DNA from: a virus
Taxonomy: Duplodnaviria > Caudoviricetes
DNA length: 64,000 nucleotides
Direction: 5' to 3' (one strand)
Virus record (IMG/VR): IMGVR_UViG_3300043464_002149
A program made the position numbers and the translations under genes. The notes under the pieces are model-generated. The model saw only the letters and a program-made list of their open reading frames with translations, ran no database searches and was not told the DNA's origin. Numbering within the stretch: position 1 is the first letter of the stretch; every line of letters begins with the position of its first letter. Positions 28,990 to 38,519 of this stretch are shown here, one piece after another.

Positions 28990-30057
28990 ATGAGTGAAAA
29001 ATTAAAAAACATCGAAAAATTACAAGACGCACTACTGAGGTTGGAAACTAAAGAAAATAAAATTTATTTTTTATGTTACGACACTAGAGGTGCAGCTAAA
29101 GCTTCTGTTAAGCACATATATGATATGGCACTTTTTCTTAAGGAAGCAGGAATGGATAGCAATATACTAGTAGAAGATACGAGTTTTGCTGGGGTATCTA
29201 GCTGGTTAGGTGAGGAATATAGTAAAATACCTGTTGTTTCAATTAAAGACAATAAAGTTGAAATGTCAATTGATGATGTTTTGGTAATACCAGAACAATA
29301 TTCTAATGTTTTACAACAATTATCTAATATTAGATGTACTAAAATTATGTTAGTACAACAGAAAGAATATATGTATGATTCTTTACCAATTGGTAGCCGT
29401 TGGAAAGACTATGGTATTGAAAAGGTTATTACAACAACCAATGCTGCTAAAAAGTACATTAATGAATATTTCCCAGAAGCGTTAGTTTTTGTTATTCCTC
29501 CAGTAATCGAAGATTATTTTACAAAATCAGAAAAGTCACAAAAACCATATATTGCAATTAGTGTAAGAGATCGTGTTAAGCACAGAAAACTTATTTCTGA
29601 ATTCTATTTAAAATACCCACAATTAAGATGGGTTACATTTAAAGATATGGTACAAATGTCAAATAAAGAATTCGCAGATTCATTAAAAGAATGTTTAGTA
29701 TCGTTATGGTTAGATGATGACAGTACTTTTGGTACATTCCCATTAGAATCAATGAAATCTAATGTGCCAGTTGTTGGTAAAATCCCATCAACAGAACCTG
29801 ATTGGTTAAGTGAAAATGGTATATGGACATATGATGAAAATAAGTTAGTTGAATTGTTAGGGACTTATACTTTAGCTTGGTTAGAAGGTGCTGGTATTAC
29901 CGATGAGGTAAAAGACAAAATGATGGAAACATTAACACCATATGATAAAGAAATAACAAAAAATAATGTCATTAACATATTTGAATCTTTCAATTCAAAA
30001 AGAGTTGAAACAATAACAAAAGCATTAGAAAAATTAAAAGAAGAAGAAACAGTATGA
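28990..30057 (+). CDS. GT-B fold glycosyltransferase-like protein
   Basis: VLVIPE, STFGTFPLESMKSNVPVVG (ExxG/PxxEA-like GT4 signature). Confidence 0.65.
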   Translation: MSEKLKNIEKLQDALLRLETKENKIYFLCYDTRGAAKASVKHIYDMALFLKEAGMDSNILVEDTSFAGVSSWLGEEYSKIPVVSIKDNKVEMSIDDVLVIPEQYSNVLQQLSNIRCTKIMLVQQKEYMYDSLPIGSRWKDYGIEKVITTTNAAKKYINEYFPEALVFVIPPVIEDYFTKSEKSQKPYIAISVRDRVKHRKLISEFYLKYPQLRWVTFKDMVQMSNKEFADSLKECLVSLWLDDDSTFGTFPLESMKSNVPVVGKIPSTEPDWLSENGIWTYDENKLVELLGTYTLAWLEGAGITDEVKDKMMETLTPYDKEITKNNVINIFESFNSKRVETITKALEKLKEEETV

Positions 30058-30839
30058 AAAATATAACAGTAGTATTACCAGTTCACAAAATCGATGAAGA
30101 TTATAAAGACATGTTACAGTATTCTGTAGAATCGGTTAAACAATTTTATAATGATGTAAAATTATTAATTGTTGCCCCGAATAGTTTAAAAAGTGAACTA
30201 AGTAAAATTGATTTAGGCCAAAAATTAGAAATTAATTATCACTACCATAATAGTGATACTGATTTTTGTACACAAATAAATGAAGGAGCTAGTAAATGCG
30301 AAACCGAATGGTTTTCAATTCTTGAGATTGATGATGTGTATCAAAAAGTTTGGTTGTCTAGTTTAAACCAATATATGGTAGAAAATCCAGAAGCAGAAGT
30401 TTTCTTACCAATTGTAAAAGATATTGATGAAAAGGGAAATTTTACAAACTTTACAAATGAATCTGTTTGGGCTTATGGCTTTTCTGAAGTTCAAGGAGAA
30501 TTAGATAATGAAGTTTTATTAGAATATCAGAGCTACCAAATAAGTGGCGGTCTTTATAAAACTAAAAAGTTTTTAGAAGTTGGTGGTTTGAAATCAAATA
30601 TAAAATTAACCTTTGGTTATGAACTTTTATTGAGATTGACACACAATGGCTCTAAAATTGTTGTAATTCCAAGACTTGGTTATAGACACGTGAATTTAAG
30701 AGAAGATTCTCTTTTTTGGAAATATAAAAATGATGAAACCTTAAAGTTAGGTGAAAAGGAAGCTAAATTTTGGATTGATACAGCAAAAAAAGAATTTTTC
30801 TTCACAAATAAACGAGAAGTAAATTATAATGAAAATTAA
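30054..30839 (+). CDS. GT2-family (GT-A) glycosyltransferase
   Basis: ITVVLPVH, FCTQINEG, WFSILEIDD (xDD), ELLLRL. Confidence 0.75.
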   Translation: MKNITVVLPVHKIDEDYKDMLQYSVESVKQFYNDVKLLIVAPNSLKSELSKIDLGQKLEINYHYHNSDTDFCTQINEGASKCETEWFSILEIDDVYQKVWLSSLNQYMVENPEAEVFLPIVKDIDEKGNFTNFTNESVWAYGFSEVQGELDNEVLLEYQSYQISGGLYKTKKFLEVGGLKSNIKLTFGYELLLRLTHNGSKIVVIPRLGYRHVNLREDSLFWKYKNDETLKLGEKEAKFWIDTAKKEFFFTNKREVNYNEN

Positions 30840-31537
30840 TGCCAAGAAAACGAACCCAAAAAGTTTATTTTGGGGAGGATCAAGAAAAGGCGGTAGTTAA
30901 GTACTTAGAAAGTAGTGACGATGCAGAAAGAAACAAGATATTCAACGAATATTTACGAGAACCCCTAGTAATAATGGTGGAAAGTATTATAAGAAGATAT
31001 AAGCTTTACCGAAAAGATTTTGAATTTGAAGACTTACATACAGATACAATGTCTTTTTTAATTACTAAAATCAATAAATTTGACCATACAAAAAACCATA
31101 AAGCATATTCATACTTTGGAACCATATGTAAGAATTACTTAATGGGGGCCATTCAAAAAGATACAAAAGACACAAATAGAAGTATTTCATATGAAGACAT
31201 ATCAGAAGATATTGAAAGTAGGTTAGATTTTTCATATACAATAGACGATTATCATGTTGACTATTCTAATGTTATTATCACACTTACAAACAAACTAGAA
31301 GACTTTGTGGAAACAGAAGAATTAACAGATAATGAGAAGAAATTAGGATATGCTCTTTTAGAGATTTTTAGCAATTTTGAATCGATTTTTCAAATAGGTG
31401 ATGGTAACAAGTTTAATAAAAATTTAATCCTCCTATCATTAAGGGAAATGACATCCTTATCCACTAAGGAAATTCGTATATCATTAAAAAGATATAAGAC
31501 ATTATATGATGGGATATTGGGGGGATTTTTAGAATAA
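30839..31537 (+). CDS. phage late sigma factor (T4 gp55-like)
   Basis: Sigma region-2-like segment DTMSFLITKINKFDHTKNHKAYSYFGTICKNYLMGAIQKD. Confidence 0.65.
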   Translation: MPRKRTQKVYFGEDQEKAVVKYLESSDDAERNKIFNEYLREPLVIMVESIIRRYKLYRKDFEFEDLHTDTMSFLITKINKFDHTKNHKAYSYFGTICKNYLMGAIQKDTKDTNRSISYEDISEDIESRLDFSYTIDDYHVDYSNVIITLTNKLEDFVETEELTDNEKKLGYALLEIFSNFESIFQIGDGNKFNKNLILLSLREMTSLSTKEIRISLKRYKTLYDGILGGFLE

Positions 31538-31552
31538 ATCTATTTATTATTT

Positions 31553-31921
31553 ATGAGACCACCAAGAAAAACATTATCATTAGATACCGACTCAGCTCTG
31601 GCACTAATGCAAGAAATCTACCATGATATTGTAGAACAAAAAAACACGGCAACATTAATAATGAAAAAGATGCTTTCTTTTATGAAAGAGTCTGAAGACA
31701 TGTCAGTTATTGGACCAGTTATTAAGGAACAACAAAAAATCCTTAACGAGTGTACAGAGAAAAAAATCTCTCTGGTTAAGATACAAAACGCCTTAATTCA
31801 GAAAGGTGCGACATCAGATAAATTCGCTCCAGGTAAGTTAACACTAACAGATGAGGATAGAGAGATGTTAGAAAAGCTTATGGATGATGATAAAGATAAA
31901 GGACAAAAATTTGAGCTATAA
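31553..31921 (+). CDS. hypothetical coiled-coil protein
   Basis: 122 aa, helical; TATTTAT 5 nt upstream of ATG. Confidence 0.6.
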   Translation: MRPPRKTLSLDTDSALALMQEIYHDIVEQKNTATLIMKKMLSFMKESEDMSVIGPVIKEQQKILNECTEKKISLVKIQNALIQKGATSDKFAPGKLTLTDEDREMLEKLMDDDKDKGQKFEL

Positions 31922-33816
31922 TGTACGATTTAAAAGAAAAACGAGCACAAATTAAATCTAAACTTAGAGCTATTCAAGTTGCTAATAATTTAAAAACTAG
32001 CGGAATAGAGGGTTTAGGTAAATTTGATGACACGATTGAAAACCTACAAGGCCAAATTGGTAGTACTATTGAGGGCTTTACTGATAAAGTTAAAAATAAA
32101 CTACCGAATACCGAGAATTTATTTGAAAAAATAACGAAAGATCTTGAACAAATCTTACCTAAAAAAAATAATGAAAGTTTATTAAGAACAACAACTAGAG
32201 ATGCTGTTAAGCGTACATCAGCTCTTATTAAACCAATTTTTTTAAGTAATATAAGAAAGCTATTTTTTGCAAATGATAGCGATTTTGGTTGTGGAGCCCA
32301 AACATTAATGCCAGTTAGTGGATTAACCATTTCACCAAAAGAATTTGATCCTTTAGATATATTACAAACTAGCCCATTTGATAATTTGGGTAAAATATCT
32401 TATGAAGGTCAGCAATCTTCTAATAAAATAAAAATGAATAGGGTTTTTTATGATACATTTAGTACTAGCCCATATGCTTTTATTCCTGAAGATGAGACAC
32501 AATTATTTAAAATGAACTGGAATGGAGGTATTCAAAAATTTGAAATAACAGAAATAGATACAACAACAGTGACGGTTGATAAATTTATAACCAACTATTA
32601 CGAATCAATAGAATTCCCTAGTCTTACTGACGTTGTTAAAAATACATTTAATTTTATTATTCCGGTTGGGGACGCTTTAACTATAACCCCTGGTGGAAAA
32701 AGTAATCCAGCATTTGATTCAGCAATAAATAAATTAAATAAAACTATAGAAAAATTAACCGGGTATTGTGGTGACACTAATCAGGATTTAAAACAAAACC
32801 CAACAGATCAATTTTCTGAAAGAGAAATGGATGTTTCAACATTTTTTGATTTTGATGATGTTGAGGGTATTGATTTAGACGATGAAAGTAGAAGATTAAA
32901 TAAGGTATTAAGATTCACAGACTGTAACAACTTTGATTTACCAATGAATCAAAAAATTGTTGAAGACTTTGCATTTTATGCTTCTACCAAAAATGAAGTT
33001 GAAGTTTTTAAAGCGTTTGATAGTGCTTTAGTTAAAACAGCTAAAGACGCAGCAAGCAAAAATATATCAATTCCATTTCCTAATTTTTTACTTAATTTAC
33101 AACTTAATTCTTTAAAGAATTTACCTAAAGCATTACTTTCAGTAGTGATGTCTCCTAAATTCTTTTTTCCAATTGTAGTTTTATGGAAAATGTTAAAAGC
33201 AGCGTCAATTACTGCGTTTATTAATGTTAAAACAATAATTAAAAATATTTCTAAATTCTTATATAACACATTAAAAGATATTTGGAATAAATTCTTAGAG
33301 ATATTCTGGAAATTAATTAAACCACAAATTTTAGTTATCATAAAAGATTTAATTAAAAGAATTACAAAAAACTCTAAATCAAGATTAAAAACCATTATTC
33401 TTGCTTTAATAGATATATTAAGTATGATTATACCATTTGTTGGTATTAAAAGTTGTGAAGACTTCTATAATGCTATATTACAGGTATTGAACTTAGTAAG
33501 GGTTGGTGTTAATCAAAAAATTAATGGTCTATTATTACAGTTAAGTAAAAGATTACCAGGATATAGTGAAGATAGAGCAGCAGCAAACGTTGCTCAATTA
33601 CTAGAGGCAAACGGTATACCAACTGGCGATCTTTTTGGTGAAGAAAATAATGTTATGTCTTTTGTTTCATCTATTTTAAAAGGACATCAAAAAGAAATGG
33701 ATGAAAATTCATTTGTACAAGTTAGCTTAGATTATGCTCAAATACCGGTAGCACCATTGGGTGGTGCCGCAATAATACCTCCAGGTTTATTAAAAGCACA
33801 TGGTAAATTAACATAA
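31921..33816 (+). CDS. hypothetical protein, probable baseplate/tail component
   Basis: 631 aa, coupled to the gp5-like gene; no recognisable motif. Confidence 0.45.
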   Translation: MYDLKEKRAQIKSKLRAIQVANNLKTSGIEGLGKFDDTIENLQGQIGSTIEGFTDKVKNKLPNTENLFEKITKDLEQILPKKNNESLLRTTTRDAVKRTSALIKPIFLSNIRKLFFANDSDFGCGAQTLMPVSGLTISPKEFDPLDILQTSPFDNLGKISYEGQQSSNKIKMNRVFYDTFSTSPYAFIPEDETQLFKMNWNGGIQKFEITEIDTTTVTVDKFITNYYESIEFPSLTDVVKNTFNFIIPVGDALTITPGGKSNPAFDSAINKLNKTIEKLTGYCGDTNQDLKQNPTDQFSEREMDVSTFFDFDDVEGIDLDDESRRLNKVLRFTDCNNFDLPMNQKIVEDFAFYASTKNEVEVFKAFDSALVKTAKDAASKNISIPFPNFLLNLQLNSLKNLPKALLSVVMSPKFFFPIVVLWKMLKAASITAFINVKTIIKNISKFLYNTLKDIWNKFLEIFWKLIKPQILVIIKDLIKRITKNSKSRLKTIILALIDILSMIIPFVGIKSCEDFYNAILQVLNLVRVGVNQKINGLLLQLSKRLPGYSEDRAAANVAQLLEANGIPTGDLFGEENNVMSFVSSILKGHQKEMDENSFVQVSLDYAQIPVAPLGGAAIIPPGLLKAHGKLT

Positions 33817-33817
33817 T

Positions 33818-34015
33818 ATGGATAAAGAAAAATATATTGAAATAGCAACAGATTGTGAAAACAGGAGCAACAAAGATCTTGTAGAAGCTAGGGATTTTTT
33901 TATTAACGAATTTGATGAATTGAAAATAGTAATAATAGATTTAACTAGAAAATTAGAAGCAGTAGAAACATTATATAATAAAATTAATAGCGAATTAAAT
34001 AAAAGGTATAAATGA
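33818..34015 (+). CDS. hypothetical coiled-coil protein
   Basis: 65-aa ORF within the operon. Confidence 0.6.
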   Translation: MDKEKYIEIATDCENRSNKDLVEARDFFINEFDELKIVIIDLTRKLEAVETLYNKINSELNKRYK

Positions 34016-35502
34016 AAATAATTGATATTGGTATTTGTATTGACAACAAAGATCCTAGAGGTTTTGGTAGAATTAGAGCTAGAAATACCGAAGAACTAGA
34101 TAGCACTAGAGCAAATGCTGTACCTTATAAGGACAAATGGTCTAAAGACGACCCATTTGTATATTCACCATTTTTACCAAATCATATCAATGTTATACCA
34201 CAAGAACAACAGGCAGTAAAAATAGTTAGATATGATGACAGTAAAGGATTACAAAACCAAGAGTACATTGCCGGTCCATTCACCACACCTCACAACTTTA
34301 ATTATCAAAACGAACTATCGCAATTAACTGAAACATCATTAGGTCAAAGAGGAGAAAAGACCCCCGCAATAAAATCTTTCACAGGTGATAAAAAAATTTA
34401 TGATGATGGTTATTTAAGACCAGAATCGGTTGGTAGTTTACCAAAAATTGATGATATTTCATTAAATGGTAATTACGGATCTGATATTATTCTAACAGAA
34501 CATGGTGTGCAATTAAGGGCTGGTATTTTAATTCATAAAAATAATGCCACAAAAACCCAAAAAGAAGACTTGGAATTATATCCAATGTATTCACAAAAAC
34601 ATTCAAAACTATCTTTAAAAAAGTTTCCTAGTACAAAAAAATTAGATAAAAAAATAATTGAAGAGACGACTATTCCTAGTATTGACATAAAACACATTTT
34701 TGAATATGATGTGGACAGTTTAACAGCACCAACAACAATAACATATTCAATATATCGAATTGAAAGAAATGAGGGGGATAAGTACAAATCAGATGTTTTT
34801 AACATCAACACTGAATTAAATAGCGAAACCTCTAAACTTATACATACAGAAACTGTTACCATTTCTTCAGAAACAAACGACGCTAAATTACAAGAAGCGT
34901 ACATTCAAATTAGAGATTTCATATCAAAATTAGATACAGATAAACTGATTGATGTGGTGCCAGGATTAAATGATGAATATGCACACCCGTTTTATTTCAG
35001 ACCTAAAAATACTTTAAGAACAAAACCGAACGCAAACTCTTTTTTACAAAATATTGTACATTTAGACAAAACAAATGGTTTTGGTTTTTTATATAGTCAG
35101 AGCTCTCCAGATGTACAACCAGTAACTAAAATAGTTGAAAGACCATATTTAAAAAAAATTAGTGAAGTTGATCAAAGTTTTGCTGCTTTAACGGCTGATA
35201 AAGTATTGTATTTATCTACAAGTTCACAAGGTACTGACGGTAAAAAAATAGACTTTCGTGCATTAGATAAGTACGAATATACCGAAGAAGACTATATTAT
35301 GAGAATTGTACCAAATACGTTCTCATCAGTTAGGGGAGAAAAACTAATAGAAATATTAGAATTAATGACACTTATTCTCCTAAACCATACTCATGGTATT
35401 TTAACACCACCAAAGTATTTTAAGGCTACCGTAAATGAATTACAAAAATTAATATCAAGAGCAAAACAAGATATGGTTAATAGTTCGATTAGAATAAATT
35501 AA
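34012..35502 (+). CDS. baseplate central spike/hub protein (gp5/VgrG OB-fold-like N-terminus)
   Basis: IGICIDNKDPRGFGRIRAR...IPQEQQAVKIV; C-terminal VRGEKLIEIL...NHTHG. Confidence 0.55.
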   Translation: MKIIDIGICIDNKDPRGFGRIRARNTEELDSTRANAVPYKDKWSKDDPFVYSPFLPNHINVIPQEQQAVKIVRYDDSKGLQNQEYIAGPFTTPHNFNYQNELSQLTETSLGQRGEKTPAIKSFTGDKKIYDDGYLRPESVGSLPKIDDISLNGNYGSDIILTEHGVQLRAGILIHKNNATKTQKEDLELYPMYSQKHSKLSLKKFPSTKKLDKKIIEETTIPSIDIKHIFEYDVDSLTAPTTITYSIYRIERNEGDKYKSDVFNINTELNSETSKLIHTETVTISSETNDAKLQEAYIQIRDFISKLDTDKLIDVVPGLNDEYAHPFYFRPKNTLRTKPNANSFLQNIVHLDKTNGFGFLYSQSSPDVQPVTKIVERPYLKKISEVDQSFAALTADKVLYLSTSSQGTDGKKIDFRALDKYEYTEEDYIMRIVPNTFSSVRGEKLIEILELMTLILLNHTHGILTPPKYFKATVNELQKLISRAKQDMVNSSIRIN

Positions 35503-35525
35503 TATGATATTTATTAAATAAAAAG

Positions 35526-36899
35526 ATGTCATATTTTCGTTCATATTTTGAGAAAAATAACACCATATTAAAGGATTCCCAGGTTAATACTTCAAAGAAT
35601 CCTAATACTGAACTTATATACGGATCAACATTTTCAAAGTTCCTATTTAAGGTAGATTTTACCGATCTTAAACAAAAGGTAGATTCTGGTGAGTTTGTTG
35701 TTACAAGCGATACAACACATACATTACACCTAACAAACACCATATTTGGTGATGAAACCCTACTTAGACAAAAGAATGGTAGGGGAAGAGACAGAACAAC
35801 CTCATTTGATATAATTGTATTCAAAATAAATGAATTTTGGGACGAAGGTGTTGGATTTGACTATGAGGATCAAATATTTGATTTTACAGATGGTAATAAC
35901 ACATTCGATGAAAGACCATCAAACTGGTTTAACAGGACCACATTAAACAGCTGGACTAGTCAAGGTGTTTACACAACATCCCCAACTATAGTTAAAACTA
36001 TTCACTTTGACAATGGTAATGAAGACATTCATGCTGACATTACAGAGTATGTAAACGGTATCATTGTTTCTGGAAATACAGATCATGGACTAGGACTAGC
36101 CTTTGCTGTATTATATCAAGATATTGAGGCCGAGGTTGATCAATCAGTAGCATTCTTTACAAAGTATACACAAACATTTTTTGAGCCGTATGTTGAAACC
36201 TTTTTTGATGATAAAATTGATGACGACAGACAAAACTTTATTGAAAAAACAACACAAAATCTTTATTTATATGTTACAAAAGGTACCAATTTTTATGATC
36301 TAGATAATTTACCCGCAGTAGATATTACAGATGCTGCTGGAAATGTTATTGTCGGTTTAGGTAATTTACCAGCAACAAAGGTAAAAAGAGGAGTGTATAA
36401 AATCACATTTGGCTTAGATGGGGTATTATGTGATGGAAAAAGATTTTATTATGATAAATGGAAAGGGGTGAGCTTAGATGGTGTATCCATAAACGATATA
36501 GTGCAAAAATTTGTACCAAAACCATATTCATCAAAGTTCTCTGTTGGAGAAAACGAAACAAACCTCCAAAGATATTCTGTTCAATTTTTTGGTATTAAAT
36601 TGAATGAAAAAATTAAAAGAGACGAAATAAGAAAAATTGTCACAACATTTAGATCAATCGATACCCCTAAAAACGTTCTTTTAGATGAAGTATCATATAG
36701 GGTTTACATTAAAGAGGGTAAAACTAATGTTAATGTTTTTGATTGGACACAAATGGACAAAACAAATGAAAATTCATTCATGTTAGATACATCTTATTTT
36801 ATACCTAGAGAGTATTATCTAGAAATTAGAGGTAAAATGCATAATGAGTACATTTACTACAATGATACTATAAAATTTGAGATCGTCTCAGAAAAATAA
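35526..36899 (+). CDS. virion structural protein (baseplate-associated)
   Basis: Beta-rich 457 aa; DITEYVN...DHGLGLAF; late motif upstream. Confidence 0.5.
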   Translation: MSYFRSYFEKNNTILKDSQVNTSKNPNTELIYGSTFSKFLFKVDFTDLKQKVDSGEFVVTSDTTHTLHLTNTIFGDETLLRQKNGRGRDRTTSFDIIVFKINEFWDEGVGFDYEDQIFDFTDGNNTFDERPSNWFNRTTLNSWTSQGVYTTSPTIVKTIHFDNGNEDIHADITEYVNGIIVSGNTDHGLGLAFAVLYQDIEAEVDQSVAFFTKYTQTFFEPYVETFFDDKIDDDRQNFIEKTTQNLYLYVTKGTNFYDLDNLPAVDITDAAGNVIVGLGNLPATKVKRGVYKITFGLDGVLCDGKRFYYDKWKGVSLDGVSINDIVQKFVPKPYSSKFSVGENETNLQRYSVQFFGIKLNEKIKRDEIRKIVTTFRSIDTPKNVLLDEVSYRVYIKEGKTNVNVFDWTQMDKTNENSFMLDTSYFIPREYYLEIRGKMHNEYIYYNDTIKFEIVSEK

Positions 36900-36914
36900 A
36901 ACTATTTATATATT

Positions 36915-37358
36915 ATGGATATTAAAAATATTGTAAAAAAACACCTATTAGAAGCTTTAGAAGAAGGTGGACAGAAACCAGAAAATTATATGTTTTTTGG
37001 TAATATAGAACAAATGGCTAGACAATGTAACCTTTTAATGAAAGAAGATCATACTCGTATTGATTCTATTTTAAAAGAACACGACTGGGCACAAGATCAC
37101 ATTGCAGAAGCTAAAAGTCTATTAGACCAAGTTTTTGATTTTTTAATGAACGAAACAAGCAATGTAGAAGATTCATTAAATGAGGCTAAAGAAGATATTG
37201 ACGAAAGTAAAAATAAGCCTACAAATGCGAAATTATGGTCTAGAGCCAAGTCTTTAGCAAAATCTAAGTTCAAAGTATATCCATCAGCATACGCTAACGG
37301 TTGGGCCGCAAAATGGTATAAAAAGCACGGTGGCGGTTGGAGAAAAACAAAAAAGTAA
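36915..37358 (+). CDS. two-module head-associated protein (HDWAQDHI module plus KFKVYPSAYANGW module)
   Basis: Modules are separated by LNE-A and IDE-S; the second resembles a DUF5872-like basic domain. Confidence 0.5.
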   Translation: MDIKNIVKKHLLEALEEGGQKPENYMFFGNIEQMARQCNLLMKEDHTRIDSILKEHDWAQDHIAEAKSLLDQVFDFLMNETSNVEDSLNEAKEDIDESKNKPTNAKLWSRAKSLAKSKFKVYPSAYANGWAAKWYKKHGGGWRKTKK

Positions 37359-37359
37359 T

Positions 37360-38109
37360 ATGAAAATATTAGTAGGTGAGGAGGATTTAAAATATATTGA
37401 AGAATCTCTAAATAATGGAGAGGTTCTACAAGAGGATCTTAGAAGATGGTTCAAAGAAAAATGGGTTGATGTCAGTAAAAAAGTTGGTGGTAAACACCCC
37501 CCTTGTGGTAGAAAAAGTGCGGACGGTAAATCATATCCTAAATGTAGACCATCTAAAAAAGTATCAAAAGAAACCCCTAAAGTTGCTTCTTCTTATGATA
37601 AAAAAGAAAAGAAAGCAATGACCACACAAAAAAGAAAAGCCGAAAAAAAGGACCCTAAAATAGGTACGGGTAATAAACCAACAAGGGTAAAATTCGATGA
37701 AGAAATGAAATCAAGAAAAGTAATTCAAATAACTGAAGAACAATTTAAACGTTTATTCGAGTACAACGAACAAACCCCTGTTTTAGTTTATGAAGATGAA
37801 TCAGGTTCAGTTGAAAATACCAATTATATTGCTGATGATATTTTAAATGAAGCTATATATCAGGGCCGTAAGGTTCAACTTGGAAAAATCATGCAGGGTG
37901 ATATTAAAAAGTTTAAAGTTTATGTCAAGAATGATAAGGGTAAGGTGGTTAAGGTAAATTTCGGCTTTGGAGGTAAATCCGCAAAGGGAAAAAGAATGGT
38001 TATTAAGAAAAATAATCCTGAAAGACGTAAATCGTTTAGAGCTAGACATAATTGTGCAAATCCTGGTCCACGTTGGAAACCTCGTTATTGGGCGTGTAAA
38101 ACTTGGTAA
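37360..38109 (+). CDS. multi-module basic protein (LRRWFKEKW...YPKCRP and RRKSFRARHNC...YWACKTW modules)
   Basis: ATG 37360 follows the upstream stop (ORF track 37330). The modules begin after LQE-D and LNE-A. Confidence 0.55.
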   Translation: MKILVGEEDLKYIEESLNNGEVLQEDLRRWFKEKWVDVSKKVGGKHPPCGRKSADGKSYPKCRPSKKVSKETPKVASSYDKKEKKAMTTQKRKAEKKDPKIGTGNKPTRVKFDEEMKSRKVIQITEEQFKRLFEYNEQTPVLVYEDESGSVENTNYIADDILNEAIYQGRKVQLGKIMQGDIKKFKVYVKNDKGKVVKVNFGFGGKSAKGKRMVIKKNNPERRKSFRARHNCANPGPRWKPRYWACKTW

Positions 38110-38117
38110 TTTTATAA

Positions 38118-38432
38118 TCAGATTAGTCTAATCTTTGACCAATACCAGATTTTATTATCAGAATACCTATGGAGGCTTTTAGCCTCTTTTTTTTCGACTA
38201 ATTTACCCATTTGAACTAAATGTTCATGGTTTCTTAGATCTACCCCAATATTAAACCCTCCGTCGCATTTATCATGCGTAGTTTCTCTCATGGGTTCAAC
38301 ATACTTACCCTCATCAAAAAGTTTAAGCATTTTAACCATTTCATCTTTCTTCATCTTACAGTCTATGCCCCTTTGATTTATCATTTTTTCCAGGACATCG
38401 GTACGCAATTTACTATAATCTGTTTGATTCAT
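38118..38432 (-). CDS. small protein with an N-terminal HeH/SAP-like helical motif
   Basis: YSKLRTDVLEKMINQRGIDCKMKKDEMVKML. ATG 38432 is preferred because the ORF-track start at 38513 spans the terminator. Confidence 0.45.
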   Translation of the reverse strand: MNQTDYSKLRTDVLEKMINQRGIDCKMKKDEMVKMLKLFDEGKYVEPMRETTHDKCDGGFNIGVDLRNHEHLVQMGKLVEKKEAKSLHRYSDNKIWYWSKIRLI

Positions 38433-38472
38433 AAACACAAAAATAAATAATATTTCGGAATATTCCAAAAAC

Positions 38473-38502
38473 AAAAAACCCCCCGAATCCGGGGGGTCTT
38501 TT
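38473..38502 (-). terminator. intrinsic terminator after the major capsid gene
   Basis: ACCCCCCG-AATC-CGGGGGGT hairpin flanked by A and T runs. Confidence 0.85.
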
Positions 38503-38519
38503 ATATTATACAATTAAGA

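Noticed and set aside
35489-35824. Minus-strand 111-aa ORF, and similar antisense ORFs at 31974, 32976, 34533, 52969 and 54355
   Set aside because: Each lies almost entirely antisense to a longer supported gene and has no motif or expression signal.
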